From Giardia intestinalis (taxonomy: Eukaryota), in the NCBI GenBank assembly GCA_000002435.2, contig CM018789.1: a stretch of 64,000 nt of DNA; one strand, given 5' to 3'. Under the pieces are notes generated by a model. That model did not search any database and was not told the origin of the DNA. It saw only the letters and a program-made list of their open reading frames with translations. The number at the start of each line of letters is the position of its first letter. Position 1 is the first letter of the stretch. This document shows positions 10,074 to 20,107 of the stretch, piece by piece. Position numbers and translations under genes: made by a program.

Positions 10074-11225
10074 ATGGGCTCGGGAGACTTCTCCATTAAC
10101 GATCTAGACGTACTCAAACAGATCAAAAGCGCAAAGGAGGATAAGTTCCAGGTTGTTCTGCTAATAATCCGATACGTCATAGAGCTGGTGAAGAAGTTAG
10201 AGTTTTCTTCCGCAGAGGACATTGTGCTAAAGATGGACAGCAGAATAGCTCGTCTCCAATCCTTCCTGCCTCTTAACCTTCTCATTACCAACGTCGGCAA
10301 ACGGTGTATCGCCTGTGTAGTGGAGGTACTGCACGAGAGCGGTATTATCCAGTCCACGGTTCCACTGTTTGAGCAGCGCAAGTCTCCTGACGATTTTACT
10401 ATGTCTCCTAGGCTGCAGAGCCGCATGATAGACAGGCTCCATAGCTACGAGGAACACATTTGCAGTATACGCCTAAAGCCATGCGACCTAAATCCACGGG
10501 CATACAACACGGGGGCTTCCATGGGATACTGCTCACCAAGCGAGCTTATGGGATCCCTGACAACGCGAGCAAGCGTTAAACCGACAATGCGTGGTGCCAT
10601 GAATAGCTCAGATGACGAGTACAGAGGTATCCGCAACAAGTTCTCCCAGGGAATAATACACGGTGACATCGTGCTGGTCGTCAGTCCGGGCATCCAACTA
10701 TGTAATTACTTAACTGACCTATATGCAAGCGGGGTGGGCTTTGAGCTGGTAGTGTTGGAGAACGAGCCGCTCCGAGATGGCCTCCACGCAGCCCTCTACT
10801 TTTCAAGCCTTGGAATACCTACTTCTCTGATTGCCGATTCTGCCTTGATGATTTTCCTTCCCAAGATTGCAGTACTCTTTCTTGAGCCAGAGTTTGTCTT
10901 CAACAACGGGGCTGCAGTTGCCTCATCTGGCTCCGTTCTAGCAGCCATGGCAGCTAAAATATATAACATACCCGTTAACTGCCTCTGCGAAACCTTCCAG
11001 TTCTGCACTGCATATCCCTCTTCTCTGTCTACGTTGATATTGTCCGCCAATCCATCTGAGATACTGCCCGATGCAGATAGTTATGACACATTTAAAAAGG
11101 TAACAATAAAAGCCCCCCTTGCGGGCTATATCGAGCCAGATTGCATTGATTACTATATCACATCTGAAGGGATATTCAAGCCCAAGGCAATCTTCCAATT
11201 GCTGCAGGCCATAATGAATATTTGA
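10074..11225 (+). CDS. Translation initiation factor eIF-2B subunit family protein (IF-2B domain)
   Basis: C-terminal core GDIVLVVSPG..., VVLENEPLRDG..., LIADSALMIFLPKIAVLFLEPEFVFNNGAAVASSGSVLAAMAAKIYNIPVNCLCETFQF matches the IF-2B fold. The ETF-F ending is typical of eIF2B alpha/beta/delta rather than MTNA. ATG at 10074 preceded by 'ttaagaataaa'. Confidence 0.65.
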   Translation: MGSGDFSINDLDVLKQIKSAKEDKFQVVLLIIRYVIELVKKLEFSSAEDIVLKMDSRIARLQSFLPLNLLITNVGKRCIACVVEVLHESGIIQSTVPLFEQRKSPDDFTMSPRLQSRMIDRLHSYEEHICSIRLKPCDLNPRAYNTGASMGYCSPSELMGSLTTRASVKPTMRGAMNSSDDEYRGIRNKFSQGIIHGDIVLVVSPGIQLCNYLTDLYASGVGFELVVLENEPLRDGLHAALYFSSLGIPTSLIADSALMIFLPKIAVLFLEPEFVFNNGAAVASSGSVLAAMAAKIYNIPVNCLCETFQFCTAYPSSLSTLILSANPSEILPDADSYDTFKKVTIKAPLAGYIEPDCIDYYITSEGIFKPKAIFQLLQAIMNI

Positions 11226-13593
11226 ATGCGTCAGATCTGCTTTTCATTGCATCTACCGTGCCCTTCAGGTCACGTGGGTCTAGAACGGCGTCCACTGTCT
11301 GTACGAAGTAGATCTGTTTGCTGTGATATGCGTTTACGCTTGTGCACCTGAGTATCTGCTCAATGGCCGATTCAAGGCCTAGGGCAGAGCCTGCAGGTAT
11401 ATAAAAGACTGCTACTGCAAGCGAAAAGATAGGGCAAGCCATCTGGATCCACGGGTCAGTTTTGAAGATGCAGCGCCTTGAACAGAGGAGATCCTTGAGC
11501 TTTTCCAGGGCGCTGCTTAGAAAGCTCTGCTCCTTTTTAGTGTGGTAGAGTCCTGTGCTAATAAACACCTGGGCGTAGAGGAGAGGCTCCATGTAATGAA
11601 GCTTGCTGCTTCCTATAGCATTCGTGAGTAGAGTGTTGGCATGAAAGCGGAGGTAGTGGGACTTCTGGTAACACTTATAATCTAGTACAACTATCTGCAG
11701 ATTGTAAAACGATATTGAGCTGTTCTCAGCTTCTTTGGAAATGGCCTCTTTCAAGGCATCAACTAAAGTGCTTGGGTGCGTCAGCTGGCTGCTCAATGCT
11801 ATTGATCCTTCGCCTGAATTAACAATGTCACAGCGCATTGTTCCATCAACGATACTATAGAAGTCATTTGCGTACAACGTTGCGATTTGATCATACACGG
11901 AAGTTTGAGGATTCAATGTGGCAAGTAGCTCATTGCGCTTTTGTGGCCCAGTCACGTAGCCCCAGACTTTGGGTGGTGGAGATTCACGTAGTATTACAGA
12001 AATAGTAAAGCTAAGTATACCACGGAGTTCATCAAGATACACTTTTAGTTGAGTGGGGTTTTGTGATGTATGTGAAACGCGCTTACTTAGTACTGGAAGC
12101 AGTGGGAGAGTCTGGATAGTGGACTCCTCTTGTTTCAGAAGCTTTTGGGCCAAGAAATTCTGCGCCACCAAGTAGAGAATTGACAGGAAGAGGTTTAACG
12201 TGTACTCTCCTCTTGTTCTTACTTCTAAGACGTTGGCTTGGTGTGTAGGTTGGAGGCTAAGTCCAGAAAAATATATAGATAATTGCAGAGCATCTGGAAC
12301 CAGAGGGGCTGGAACCTGGCTGTGTGTCACGTATGGATAGAAGGTAGACTTCTGCTTAAGGGACTTGATCCAATCAACCGTATCACCTCTGTGCTGCGGT
12401 GAAATCAGAATCATGAATATAGTATCGGCAGGGATAATAGAGAGTCTTTTTAAGGATCCATCAGACTCTTCTATCAGCGGCCCGAGGGCACCTACTCCTA
12501 GGAGCTCGCTCCATTGGCTCTCACTGCCTACTAGTGCTGACGGTGCATAGAAGATATAAGCAGACCAAGGTGCACATAACTTGTATGGACAGCAACATAA
12601 AAAAAGGTGCCGAAGATTTTCTGAAGTAACAGTGATTGGTAGTTTGGCAGACATGTATTTAGGAATGCACGCTATTAGATCTCTTGGAGTAAATTCGGTA
12701 CCATTTAAGAGAGAGCTGACAATGCGCTCAAATGTTGCAGGCGAGTCTAGTCTATCATTAGGTGATCTCTGAACGCTTGCCAGACAATATGCCTTCAAAC
12801 AATTGTAGTAGCACAAAAGAGTCTGATGGCCCATGGAGTCTTTGAGCCAAGGATAGTCTCTGCAAAGGGCGTCCTCAAGAGCCTCTATTTGAAGACGAAG
12901 ATGTAGTGCAACATACTGTATTAAACAGCACTGGTTAGCCCCCTTCTTACGTATTCGAGTGACTTCTGCATAACAGAATTTGTCTATATTACTAAATGCC
13001 AAAATGCATGTGGGTGATGACCAAGTATGAACGCTGTCATGCACTGTCGTTAATCTATCTTCAAGTGCACTTAAGTACATATTATGGTCAGGTTGAAGCC
13101 CAGCGCAGAGATTGACCAATAGAATGACAGTTCTTAGGCGAGAGCAAATGGAAATGCTCTCTGGTAGCTGCTGTGGATGTCCTGGGGTGTCTAGGAAAAA
13201 GACAATATACGTTGGTGATGCATTATTTCGAGACACCTTGCAATAGCTCCGCCAGGCCTCGACAAACACAGTCCGTTTAAGCCCTTGGTTGACCGTCTTG
13301 CTCATAGAAGCGTTGACAGAAGAGGCGATCCTCTGTGAAAGGTAACTAGCTAGTGTTGTCTTTCCACTTTGGTTGGGGCCCAAAATCCCAATTGTTGCCG
13401 TGCGGCCTGCTGCATAGAGTTGTAGGTTAAATTCTGAGTCTGCTCCGATAGTCCATTCCTCTCTAGCGCTGTGTAGCTCGTACCTAGAAACCTGAAGGTC
13501 GGCTGCAGGCAGATCTAGAGCCACATCCTCCTCATTAATTTGAACAAAAGAGTCGCTGGTGCTTTCTAATGTGCTGTAAGATGAGTCAGTCAT
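11176..13593 (-). CDS. Large hypothetical protein (805 aa) with N-terminal P-loop GTPase-like domain
   Basis: Walker A IGILGPNQSGKTTLASYL followed about 60 aa later by FLDTPGH (a DxxG switch II-like element). The G1 region resembles small IFT22/RabL5-type GTPases but the protein is far longer. ATG confirmed (CAT at 13591-13593). 3' end overlaps the convergent eIF2B gene by 50 bp. Confidence 0.55.
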   Translation of the reverse strand: MTDSSYSTLESTSDSFVQINEEDVALDLPAADLQVSRYELHSAREEWTIGADSEFNLQLYAAGRTATIGILGPNQSGKTTLASYLSQRIASSVNASMSKTVNQGLKRTVFVEAWRSYCKVSRNNASPTYIVFFLDTPGHPQQLPESISICSRLRTVILLVNLCAGLQPDHNMYLSALEDRLTTVHDSVHTWSSPTCILAFSNIDKFCYAEVTRIRKKGANQCCLIQYVALHLRLQIEALEDALCRDYPWLKDSMGHQTLLCYYNCLKAYCLASVQRSPNDRLDSPATFERIVSSLLNGTEFTPRDLIACIPKYMSAKLPITVTSENLRHLFLCCCPYKLCAPWSAYIFYAPSALVGSESQWSELLGVGALGPLIEESDGSLKRLSIIPADTIFMILISPQHRGDTVDWIKSLKQKSTFYPYVTHSQVPAPLVPDALQLSIYFSGLSLQPTHQANVLEVRTRGEYTLNLFLSILYLVAQNFLAQKLLKQEESTIQTLPLLPVLSKRVSHTSQNPTQLKVYLDELRGILSFTISVILRESPPPKVWGYVTGPQKRNELLATLNPQTSVYDQIATLYANDFYSIVDGTMRCDIVNSGEGSIALSSQLTHPSTLVDALKEAISKEAENSSISFYNLQIVVLDYKCYQKSHYLRFHANTLLTNAIGSSKLHYMEPLLYAQVFISTGLYHTKKEQSFLSSALEKLKDLLCSRRCIFKTDPWIQMACPIFSLAVAVFYIPAGSALGLESAIEQILRCTSVNAYHSKQIYFVQTVDAVLDPRDLKGTVDAMKSRSDAFKYSLWPAAIGRLPWA

Positions 13594-13705
13594 ATTGTCC
13601 GTTATATGTTGCCTCCTTATAATTCTTCAGCTAGTAGGTTTTATTTCTTACAGACTAGTCGGCCTGGCAGACGCAGAGAAGATTAACAAGAGGAAAACCG
13701 GGGAC

Positions 13706-13712
13706 ATTTACT
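13706..13712 (-). promoter_or_regulatory. Putative polyadenylation signal AGTAAAT (minus strand) 1 nt after the DNA ligase stop
   Basis: + strand 'atttact' is the reverse complement of AGTAAAT. The ligase stop TAA is at 13714-13716. Matches the Giardia AGTRAAY polyA consensus. Confidence 0.4.
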
Positions 13713-13713
13713 C

Positions 13714-16146
13714 TTAGGAGCGCTCGGGTTGAGACATGAATGCCTCAAAGATGACGCTGGCCTTTGTGCAGTCCCAAGGCCTTTTATCTGGTCGTGCCCT
13801 TAAGAGCCTAGGAAGTCTCAGGGATATCCCTTGGCCAGTTTCTGGATTAAAGCACAGGGTATGCTTCATACTCAAGCTGAGATTGGCACACTTCACCTCC
13901 CAGACCTGCGACGTCTCGGGATCGAACCACATATCTGGCTCCTTATCCAGCCGCGCCTCAATAGACGCGGGCTTCTCTTTCATGCCACATTTGACAAAGC
14001 TGTCATGAAATACGGCTAAGTCAGCATCACTAAAACCTGTCCCAAGCTGACACACGGTTTCCCACTGGTCGCACTCCTCGTTGAATGACGCTAATAGATA
14101 TGCTCCAAGAACCCCGGTACGCTTCCCAGTTCCCATCCACGCGGCAACAGGCACCAGATCAAAGCTATCGCCAACGTCTTCCAGGTAATCCTTCTTTAGC
14201 TTTAGCCAAGCATGAGATCTCTCGTCTGGCCGATACCACGAGTCTCTAGACCTGAGTATCTTCACTATGAGGCCTTCTGTTTTGTTCTGGACAGCCTCTT
14301 CCAATAGATCTTTGAGGTTGGTGTCCTGTGTGCAAGTAACTGCCCTTGCAAACTCAAATCTGCGTGGCAAGACTGCAAACGCATAGTAAAGAGCCTCTTT
14401 CCTATCTGCAAGATCAACTGATAAGTAGTCCCTGGAGTTGAGAAAAAGTATGTCGAATGCGTACATCACAATTTCTGTTCGAGTCTTCACCTCCTTCACC
14501 TGCTTTGCATCCTTCTGTGCCTTGAGGATGTCTTTTTCGCGCCGGGACAGATACTGAAATGGAAGAACAAGGCCTGTGTCGGCATTTATGGGGCAGATCT
14601 CTCCGTCTATGACAAAGTTTGCGTTCTCTCTTTCTTCAACTGTCATCCCAGCAAACAGCTTGCTCTCTTGGAACGAATTCATAACAGACTCAGAAACATC
14701 GGGAAACCGCTTGGACATGTTCTCAAGAGACCGTGAAAAGATCTGAATTTTGTTGGTAGAAGCTCGTGCATCGTAGTGCACTTGCGCCCTGAATCCATCG
14801 TATTTATATTCGGCACTGAAGGACTGCTCACAACTGATACGTTGGATGATTTCGCCGTAGCTTGTGGTCGGCCGAGCAAGCATGGATAGCACGGGGACTC
14901 CTGGCTTGATGGTCATTGAGTAGAGTGCTGCAAGCACGCCTTCTATGTTTGTCTGATTCTTGTTCCTCTCTGAGCCTTCGCCACAGTGAGCGATGATTTG
15001 GTTGAGGATAACCTCGAAGCTTGGGCACGAGCTATACGCCTTGGAGATGACTATGTGACAGTGAGTGCGTAGCTCCTTGCTATTAATGGACAGGAGGTCG
15101 CCGTGGAGACTCTCAAACTGGTCACCAATAGCCCCAATAGATACAGAATCGCTAGAGTATTCGTAGACATCACTATCATCGCTACGAGAGACATTGTCTA
15201 TATCGAGATCATCATCTTTTCTACCACTCTTGTTGCTGTGGTTATCGTCACCGGTTTTGCCCTTCTTCCCAGTCAGCTCAACAGCAGTGTCAGCTGCCTT
15301 GATGATAGGAACCCTTCCGTAACCCAGTAATGTGTCGTAAACCTCGCTGATGCGATCTTTCGTTGCAAATCCTTTAATTTTGCATAGAATTATGCAGCAC
15401 AGTAGGTCAGCAAGAGTGGACACAATGGACTTTTTCTGAATTCCAAGCCGGAACTTCCCAGCGATAAGTCGTGAGATGTATCTAGTATCTAGCGTGGTCC
15501 CGTTGTATAGTAAGTTTGAGATAATCGTCGACTTGTCATCCATCGAAGAGGCTCCGGACGTGTCTGCTATTTGTAGAAGCTTTTGGTAAACGTCGGAAAC
15601 GTTAAGGGGCCTCCGAGGAGCAAATGTAGCGCTCTGTGACTTTTTGACCTTTTCCGCCACGGCTCCTATGTCGCCATGCTTCTCTATGAGCTTCTGTATA
15701 GTTGTGGGATCAGATCCAAAGGTCTTTGAAATGACCTTACGCAAACTGATTTCGGCAAAGTTCAACACAGATGGAAGGTCGGACCATGGTTCTCTGAGTT
15801 GATTTGTAGAAAGTAAAACAGCTGGTACAATATCTTTGGTAGATTCTAAGTAGATTTGCAAGAGCATCTGAACCATTTCGCGGCTCTTCTCAAGACGCTT
15901 GGTGGTATCCTCTATCCGCTTCCAGGCCGCAGACAGAGATGCAAAAGGAAAAGAAATATCCTTTTCTACCTCCTGGCCGTTGCTTGCAACTATATTACTA
16001 GTACTCATCTGTGAGGAAGTGCCAAGATCTGCCTTAGTTGCTGTGGGAGTTGTAGAGGATGAAGAAGCAACGTTCTTCGCTTTCCGGGGTGGCTCGCCAT
16101 TGCTACGGCTATGTGATTGCAGAAATGCATCAATAGAAAGCTGCAT
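13714..16146 (-). CDS. LIG1: ATP-dependent DNA ligase I
   Basis: Motifs present: the adenylation motif I with its active-site Lys (EYKYDGFRAQVHY), motif IV (TEGLIVKIL), and OB-fold motifs (WLKLKKDY). Overall ligase I organisation: N-terminal DNA-binding domain, adenylation domain, then OB fold. ATG confirmed (CAT at 16144-16146). Confidence 0.85.
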   Translation of the reverse strand: MQLSIDAFLQSHSRSNGEPPRKAKNVASSSSTTPTATKADLGTSSQMSTSNIVASNGQEVEKDISFPFASLSAAWKRIEDTTKRLEKSREMVQMLLQIYLESTKDIVPAVLLSTNQLREPWSDLPSVLNFAEISLRKVISKTFGSDPTTIQKLIEKHGDIGAVAEKVKKSQSATFAPRRPLNVSDVYQKLLQIADTSGASSMDDKSTIISNLLYNGTTLDTRYISRLIAGKFRLGIQKKSIVSTLADLLCCIILCKIKGFATKDRISEVYDTLLGYGRVPIIKAADTAVELTGKKGKTGDDNHSNKSGRKDDDLDIDNVSRSDDSDVYEYSSDSVSIGAIGDQFESLHGDLLSINSKELRTHCHIVISKAYSSCPSFEVILNQIIAHCGEGSERNKNQTNIEGVLAALYSMTIKPGVPVLSMLARPTTSYGEIIQRISCEQSFSAEYKYDGFRAQVHYDARASTNKIQIFSRSLENMSKRFPDVSESVMNSFQESKLFAGMTVEERENANFVIDGEICPINADTGLVLPFQYLSRREKDILKAQKDAKQVKEVKTRTEIVMYAFDILFLNSRDYLSVDLADRKEALYYAFAVLPRRFEFARAVTCTQDTNLKDLLEEAVQNKTEGLIVKILRSRDSWYRPDERSHAWLKLKKDYLEDVGDSFDLVPVAAWMGTGKRTGVLGAYLLASFNEECDQWETVCQLGTGFSDADLAVFHDSFVKCGMKEKPASIEARLDKEPDMWFDPETSQVWEVKCANLSLSMKHTLCFNPETGQGISLRLPRLLRARPDKRPWDCTKASVIFEAFMSQPERS

Positions 16147-16151
16147 TGGGG

Positions 16152-19100
16152 CTACGCACGTATAGACAGAAGCTTGATTACGCCGATAACTTTTTTAGTT
16201 GCTTCATCAAGGTCGCTTATATCGACGTCGCTCGGAGTCACCAGTACCACCTGCACAGAGGTTTGAAGGATGGCGTCCAGCATTAGTTTGAAGGCCCTCT
16301 TTCGGCGGGTCGCATCCATAAATACGTCCCACTCATCAATCTGGGCGTATCGCGTTTTTATTACAAGCCAGCATGAGACCATAAAGCATAGGGATATGAA
16401 CGTGCTTTCACCTCCGCTGAGGCTTGTCGCTCCACGCGTAGTCGATCGGATATCAATAGATCCTTTGGATGAAGCGATTGTCGTAATCGGTTGTTGATTG
16501 GCATCGTCGGAGGTCTCATCTACATTGACGTGTGATCTGCTTGGTGGTTCTACACTCCACGAGGCATGTAGTTGAGCACCACATATGTCGTAGTATCTAT
16601 CTGTGACTTGCTTGTCAATGAGCTCGAGCAGTTTAGGGGAGACAACGGGGAGCGCAGGGAACTGGAAGTACAATCGCTGGTTAATACCAGTGATCTCAGA
16701 CGTCTGCATAAAATGAAAGCTTATGTCATGCTCTGCGTATGAGCGAATAGATGTCAATTTGATTAATTGCCGCACAGCAATCTCCCCAAGTGAGGATATC
16801 TCCTGCAATATAGCAGTGTACTCTTTGGTCTGCGCTCGGATTTCATCCTCTATCCTCAATAGATGCTGCTTTTCTGCCTCTATGTCGCCATTGAATTCCT
16901 GTGCCAATTCATGCTTCTTCTCCTCTATTCGCTGGATCTCTTCAGACACAGCAGATAGTAAGTTATTTATGTTAATGAGAAGTTGCTCATTGTCTTCATA
17001 AGAGCTATCAGGAATGCTCTTTATATCTTTGGCATCTTGTCCTTCGGCAAAGATGGAGTAATCTGCAAGGAAATCTACCAAGAGAAACGCTAAGCGGGTG
17101 ACAGGATTGTAATAAGAGGAATCGATGTTCTCGTTTGCACACAATATCGCATATAGCTCCCGGAACGGTGAATGGTTTTGGTCCACCACATGCTCTGCAG
17201 AGCTCAAACCGTTGTCAATTGGAGGATTACATGGCTGTGCTCCTCTCAGTGACAGTGACTCAGAAAAAACAGTAGCCTGCCTTTCTCTGTACTCAGGTAC
17301 CAAATTGGACAAATTCTCAAATACTTCTAGAAATGTTTGCAAGTCGTTCAAAGTAGCGCTCTGAGCTGAGGTCAAGAAAGCCCTCAGTGTCTTGACTTTC
17401 GCTTTGCATGTAGTAATAGCATTTTCGGTTTGACTTATCTGCTTGTCCAAGTCTTCGGCCTGTATACTCTCCCTGTGAGCAATCTTCTCTGAGAGCCTGT
17501 CTTCTAGCACAACTACGTCAGCCTCGCACTTATCATATGTCTTTTGTTGTTGTTCAACTATGTCCTGCTTATTTTTAAGAGAGGCATTTGATCTTTCTAG
17601 ATCACTTGTCATCTCGGCTAGCTTGCTTTCCAGGGTTGCGAGTTTCAACCCAGACGATTCTACGATTGCACGAGAGCGCTCCAATTGTCTTCTCGCACTT
17701 TGCATCTCTCGTTGCTGTGCGTTATAGCATTCAACACTTTGTGCATACTGCTGCTTGAGGTGAATTAATCTACTATTATTGGCCTCCATTGTCTGCAGGA
17801 CTCGGGCCGCTTCTGCGGAAATGGATTCCAACTCTGCTTGAAGCTCGCTCTTCTTCAGAGTTTCCTGGGCCTCTATTACGCTCAGTTTGGCCACTGAATA
17901 ATTGGACTCAAACTCGGCCTTTGCCATCTCATAAGCGCGCTGCTGGCGTTGAATCTCTGATTGTAGGTTTGATTGGTTGGTGGTAGCTGAATAAAGACTC
18001 TGGGCCTTGATTGACCCTTGATTACTATATGCTGGTTTCATAATAACGCTATTTTTGGCGCCGATAAACATGATGCATTCTCTGTCCTTAGGAAGGCATT
18101 GAAAAGACACATGCAGCTTCTTTCCTACCTCCAAGACAGTGCGTGCGACCTCGAGGGTCTCGCAGATGACTAATCTGGATAGTTGGACCTTTAGCTGGAG
18201 GACTTCTAGAGCGAAGGGAGAAGAATTACCAAGGCACTGCATCACAGACAGGACCTTATCTCTATAGACTGGACCCAGCTCATGAACAAGCATGTTGTAC
18301 TCATCCATGGTAGGAATGGTCGACCTCAAGAGATTCATAAGCTGTATGCTTCGGCCTAAAATATTTCTGAGCCTATGCTCGTCATTCTTATCCCTATATG
18401 CTATTGTATTTAAAAGGCTTGGGCCTATAACACGTCTGATTATTGGTGCAAAAGCTGATGACGACTCCTTTACCCATATATATGCCGCAAGCGGGGCTAC
18501 CACACCACCCGAAAAGGACTCTGCTTTGACTTTAGTATAAATTTGATAGTTTGCTGGGTACAACGAGCTGATGCATTTCTCTGGCGCGGTAGTGCCAGAG
18601 GCCTCCAACTCTAGCTGTCGTTGCAAATAGTTCAATTGGTTTTTTGCGTTCTCGCACTTTTGGCGAGCTTCTGCCTCCCTGTCTTGTCTCCACTCTCTCT
18701 GCTTGAATACGCTCAATAGTGCAGACTCCAGTTTGCTCTTTTGCGTCTGCAGTTGCATCAGCTTCAGTTGCAAAGAGTGCTCCTCTGCTTCTAACCTCTT
18801 GTGTTCTTCGCTCTTCTCCGGAGGGGCAAGACACTCCTGCGCATCTGCTACCTTGCTGAGAAACTCAGTGTGCTGGGCAATTTCCTTCTTTAGCAATGCC
18901 GCGTCTTCATGTCCAGTCTTCATCATGCTCTCCAGGGTATTAATGTGTCTTGCAGTTGCTTCTAACTCACTCTTCTGTGCAGTTAATTCATCAACGAGAT
19001 CCATCAACTGCTTCTTGCCTTCGTCTAAATGCACAGTTAGCTCATCTATTTCTATATTGCAACGCTTTAGATATGGCTCTAGATTTGCTTTTGCATCCTG

Positions 19101-20069
19101 CTGGCGTTCATATTCGGCAAAGAGCTGCGCAAGCTCCCTCTTCTCTGCTTGTTCAACATCGAGTCGGTGATTTTGGACATGCACCCGGTGTTTCTGAATG
19201 GATAAAGCGACCTTCTTCAGGCCCACCTTATTGAGATTTACGTCTGCCTCATGGTATTCCTTCATTGCCTTGATTCTTCTTCCAACGCGCTTTCTATCCT
19301 GCATAAGATGCTTGAGGCCTCCTGCTATGCGCCTGCTACCTGCGATGGAGTTTTCCAAAGAGAGCTGAGAGTTTGCTAGATTCGCTTCTATCTCATCAAA
19401 AGACATGGCCGTGCTGAAGATCTTGTATCGATCAACTGGCTTCATGCGCACAAGGACCTTCATTCTCGATTGAGAGACCATCGTGATCTCATTGTCTGGA
19501 AAGTGGCCCATGTCAACCAGGATAGAGTGGGCCCGCTCGAAGGATATTCGCTCAAATTGGGGAGTGGATTTGGTGCTGGGGGGAAAGCTTGTACACAAAA
19601 AAAAATTGGTGACTTCGTTTGTGACCGTCCGCTTCAATCCAATAATCGGCCCAGAAAATTCAGAGCCCCCTTCATAATAGAAGTAGGCAATCACAGAACA
19701 TTGTGTAGTTTGTACATTTGTACTTGTGTCTTTTAGGCAAACTACTGTTTTTAAATTCGAAAATCTCTCGCAGTTATCACGGATATTTTTTGCCTTTCCA
19801 CCTAGGACAAAGTGGATGGCCTGGAGGATGGACGACTTCCCCGCACCGTTTGGGCCATGAATAAGAGATACCGGGCATTCAAAGTCCACCACCTTGTCTC
19901 TATGTGTAAGGAAGTTCGTTATGTGCAGCCGAAGAATGTATCCTGTTCTAGTATACATCACTGGGTGCCTCGGAACATTGAATATGTCAGCGACTGTTTT
20001 ATTTGGATGACGCGCCAGGGCTGCAATTTCGTCTGGAAGAGTAGCATTAAGATTGTCCTGGTGGTTCAT
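16152..20069 (-). CDS. SMC-family protein, SMC6-like (SMC5/6 complex)
   Basis: N-terminal Walker A LIHGPNGAGKSSILQAIHFVLGGKA. Long coiled-coil arms. C-terminal signature and Walker B LSGGESTFISLCFMVSCW...IDEWDVFMDATRRKRAFKLMLDAI, which closely follows the SMC6 C-terminal pattern LSGGERSFSTVCF...DEFDVFMD. ATG confirmed (CAT at 20067-20069). Stop is only 5 bp from the ligase ATG. Confidence 0.7.
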   Translation of the reverse strand: MNHQDNLNATLPDEIAALARHPNKTVADIFNVPRHPVMYTRTGYILRLHITNFLTHRDKVVDFECPVSLIHGPNGAGKSSILQAIHFVLGGKAKNIRDNCERFSNLKTVVCLKDTSTNVQTTQCSVIAYFYYEGGSEFSGPIIGLKRTVTNEVTNFFLCTSFPPSTKSTPQFERISFERAHSILVDMGHFPDNEITMVSQSRMKVLVRMKPVDRYKIFSTAMSFDEIEANLANSQLSLENSIAGSRRIAGGLKHLMQDRKRVGRRIKAMKEYHEADVNLNKVGLKKVALSIQKHRVHVQNHRLDVEQAEKRELAQLFAEYERQQDAKANLEPYLKRCNIEIDELTVHLDEGKKQLMDLVDELTAQKSELEATARHINTLESMMKTGHEDAALLKKEIAQHTEFLSKVADAQECLAPPEKSEEHKRLEAEEHSLQLKLMQLQTQKSKLESALLSVFKQREWRQDREAEARQKCENAKNQLNYLQRQLELEASGTTAPEKCISSLYPANYQIYTKVKAESFSGGVVAPLAAYIWVKESSSAFAPIIRRVIGPSLLNTIAYRDKNDEHRLRNILGRSIQLMNLLRSTIPTMDEYNMLVHELGPVYRDKVLSVMQCLGNSSPFALEVLQLKVQLSRLVICETLEVARTVLEVGKKLHVSFQCLPKDRECIMFIGAKNSVIMKPAYSNQGSIKAQSLYSATTNQSNLQSEIQRQQRAYEMAKAEFESNYSVAKLSVIEAQETLKKSELQAELESISAEAARVLQTMEANNSRLIHLKQQYAQSVECYNAQQREMQSARRQLERSRAIVESSGLKLATLESKLAEMTSDLERSNASLKNKQDIVEQQQKTYDKCEADVVVLEDRLSEKIAHRESIQAEDLDKQISQTENAITTCKAKVKTLRAFLTSAQSATLNDLQTFLEVFENLSNLVPEYRERQATVFSESLSLRGAQPCNPPIDNGLSSAEHVVDQNHSPFRELYAILCANENIDSSYYNPVTRLAFLLVDFLADYSIFAEGQDAKDIKSIPDSSYEDNEQLLININNLLSAVSEEIQRIEEKKHELAQEFNGDIEAEKQHLLRIEDEIRAQTKEYTAILQEISSLGEIAVRQLIKLTSIRSYAEHDISFHFMQTSEITGINQRLYFQFPALPVVSPKLLELIDKQVTDRYYDICGAQLHASWSVEPPSRSHVNVDETSDDANQQPITTIASSKGSIDIRSTTRGATSLSGGESTFISLCFMVSCWLVIKTRYAQIDEWDVFMDATRRKRAFKLMLDAILQTSVQVVLVTPSDVDISDLDEATKKVIGVIKLLSIRA

Positions 20070-20107
20070 TTTGTTTAATGCAGAAGATTGGAAATCTCAC
20101 AGCATCA

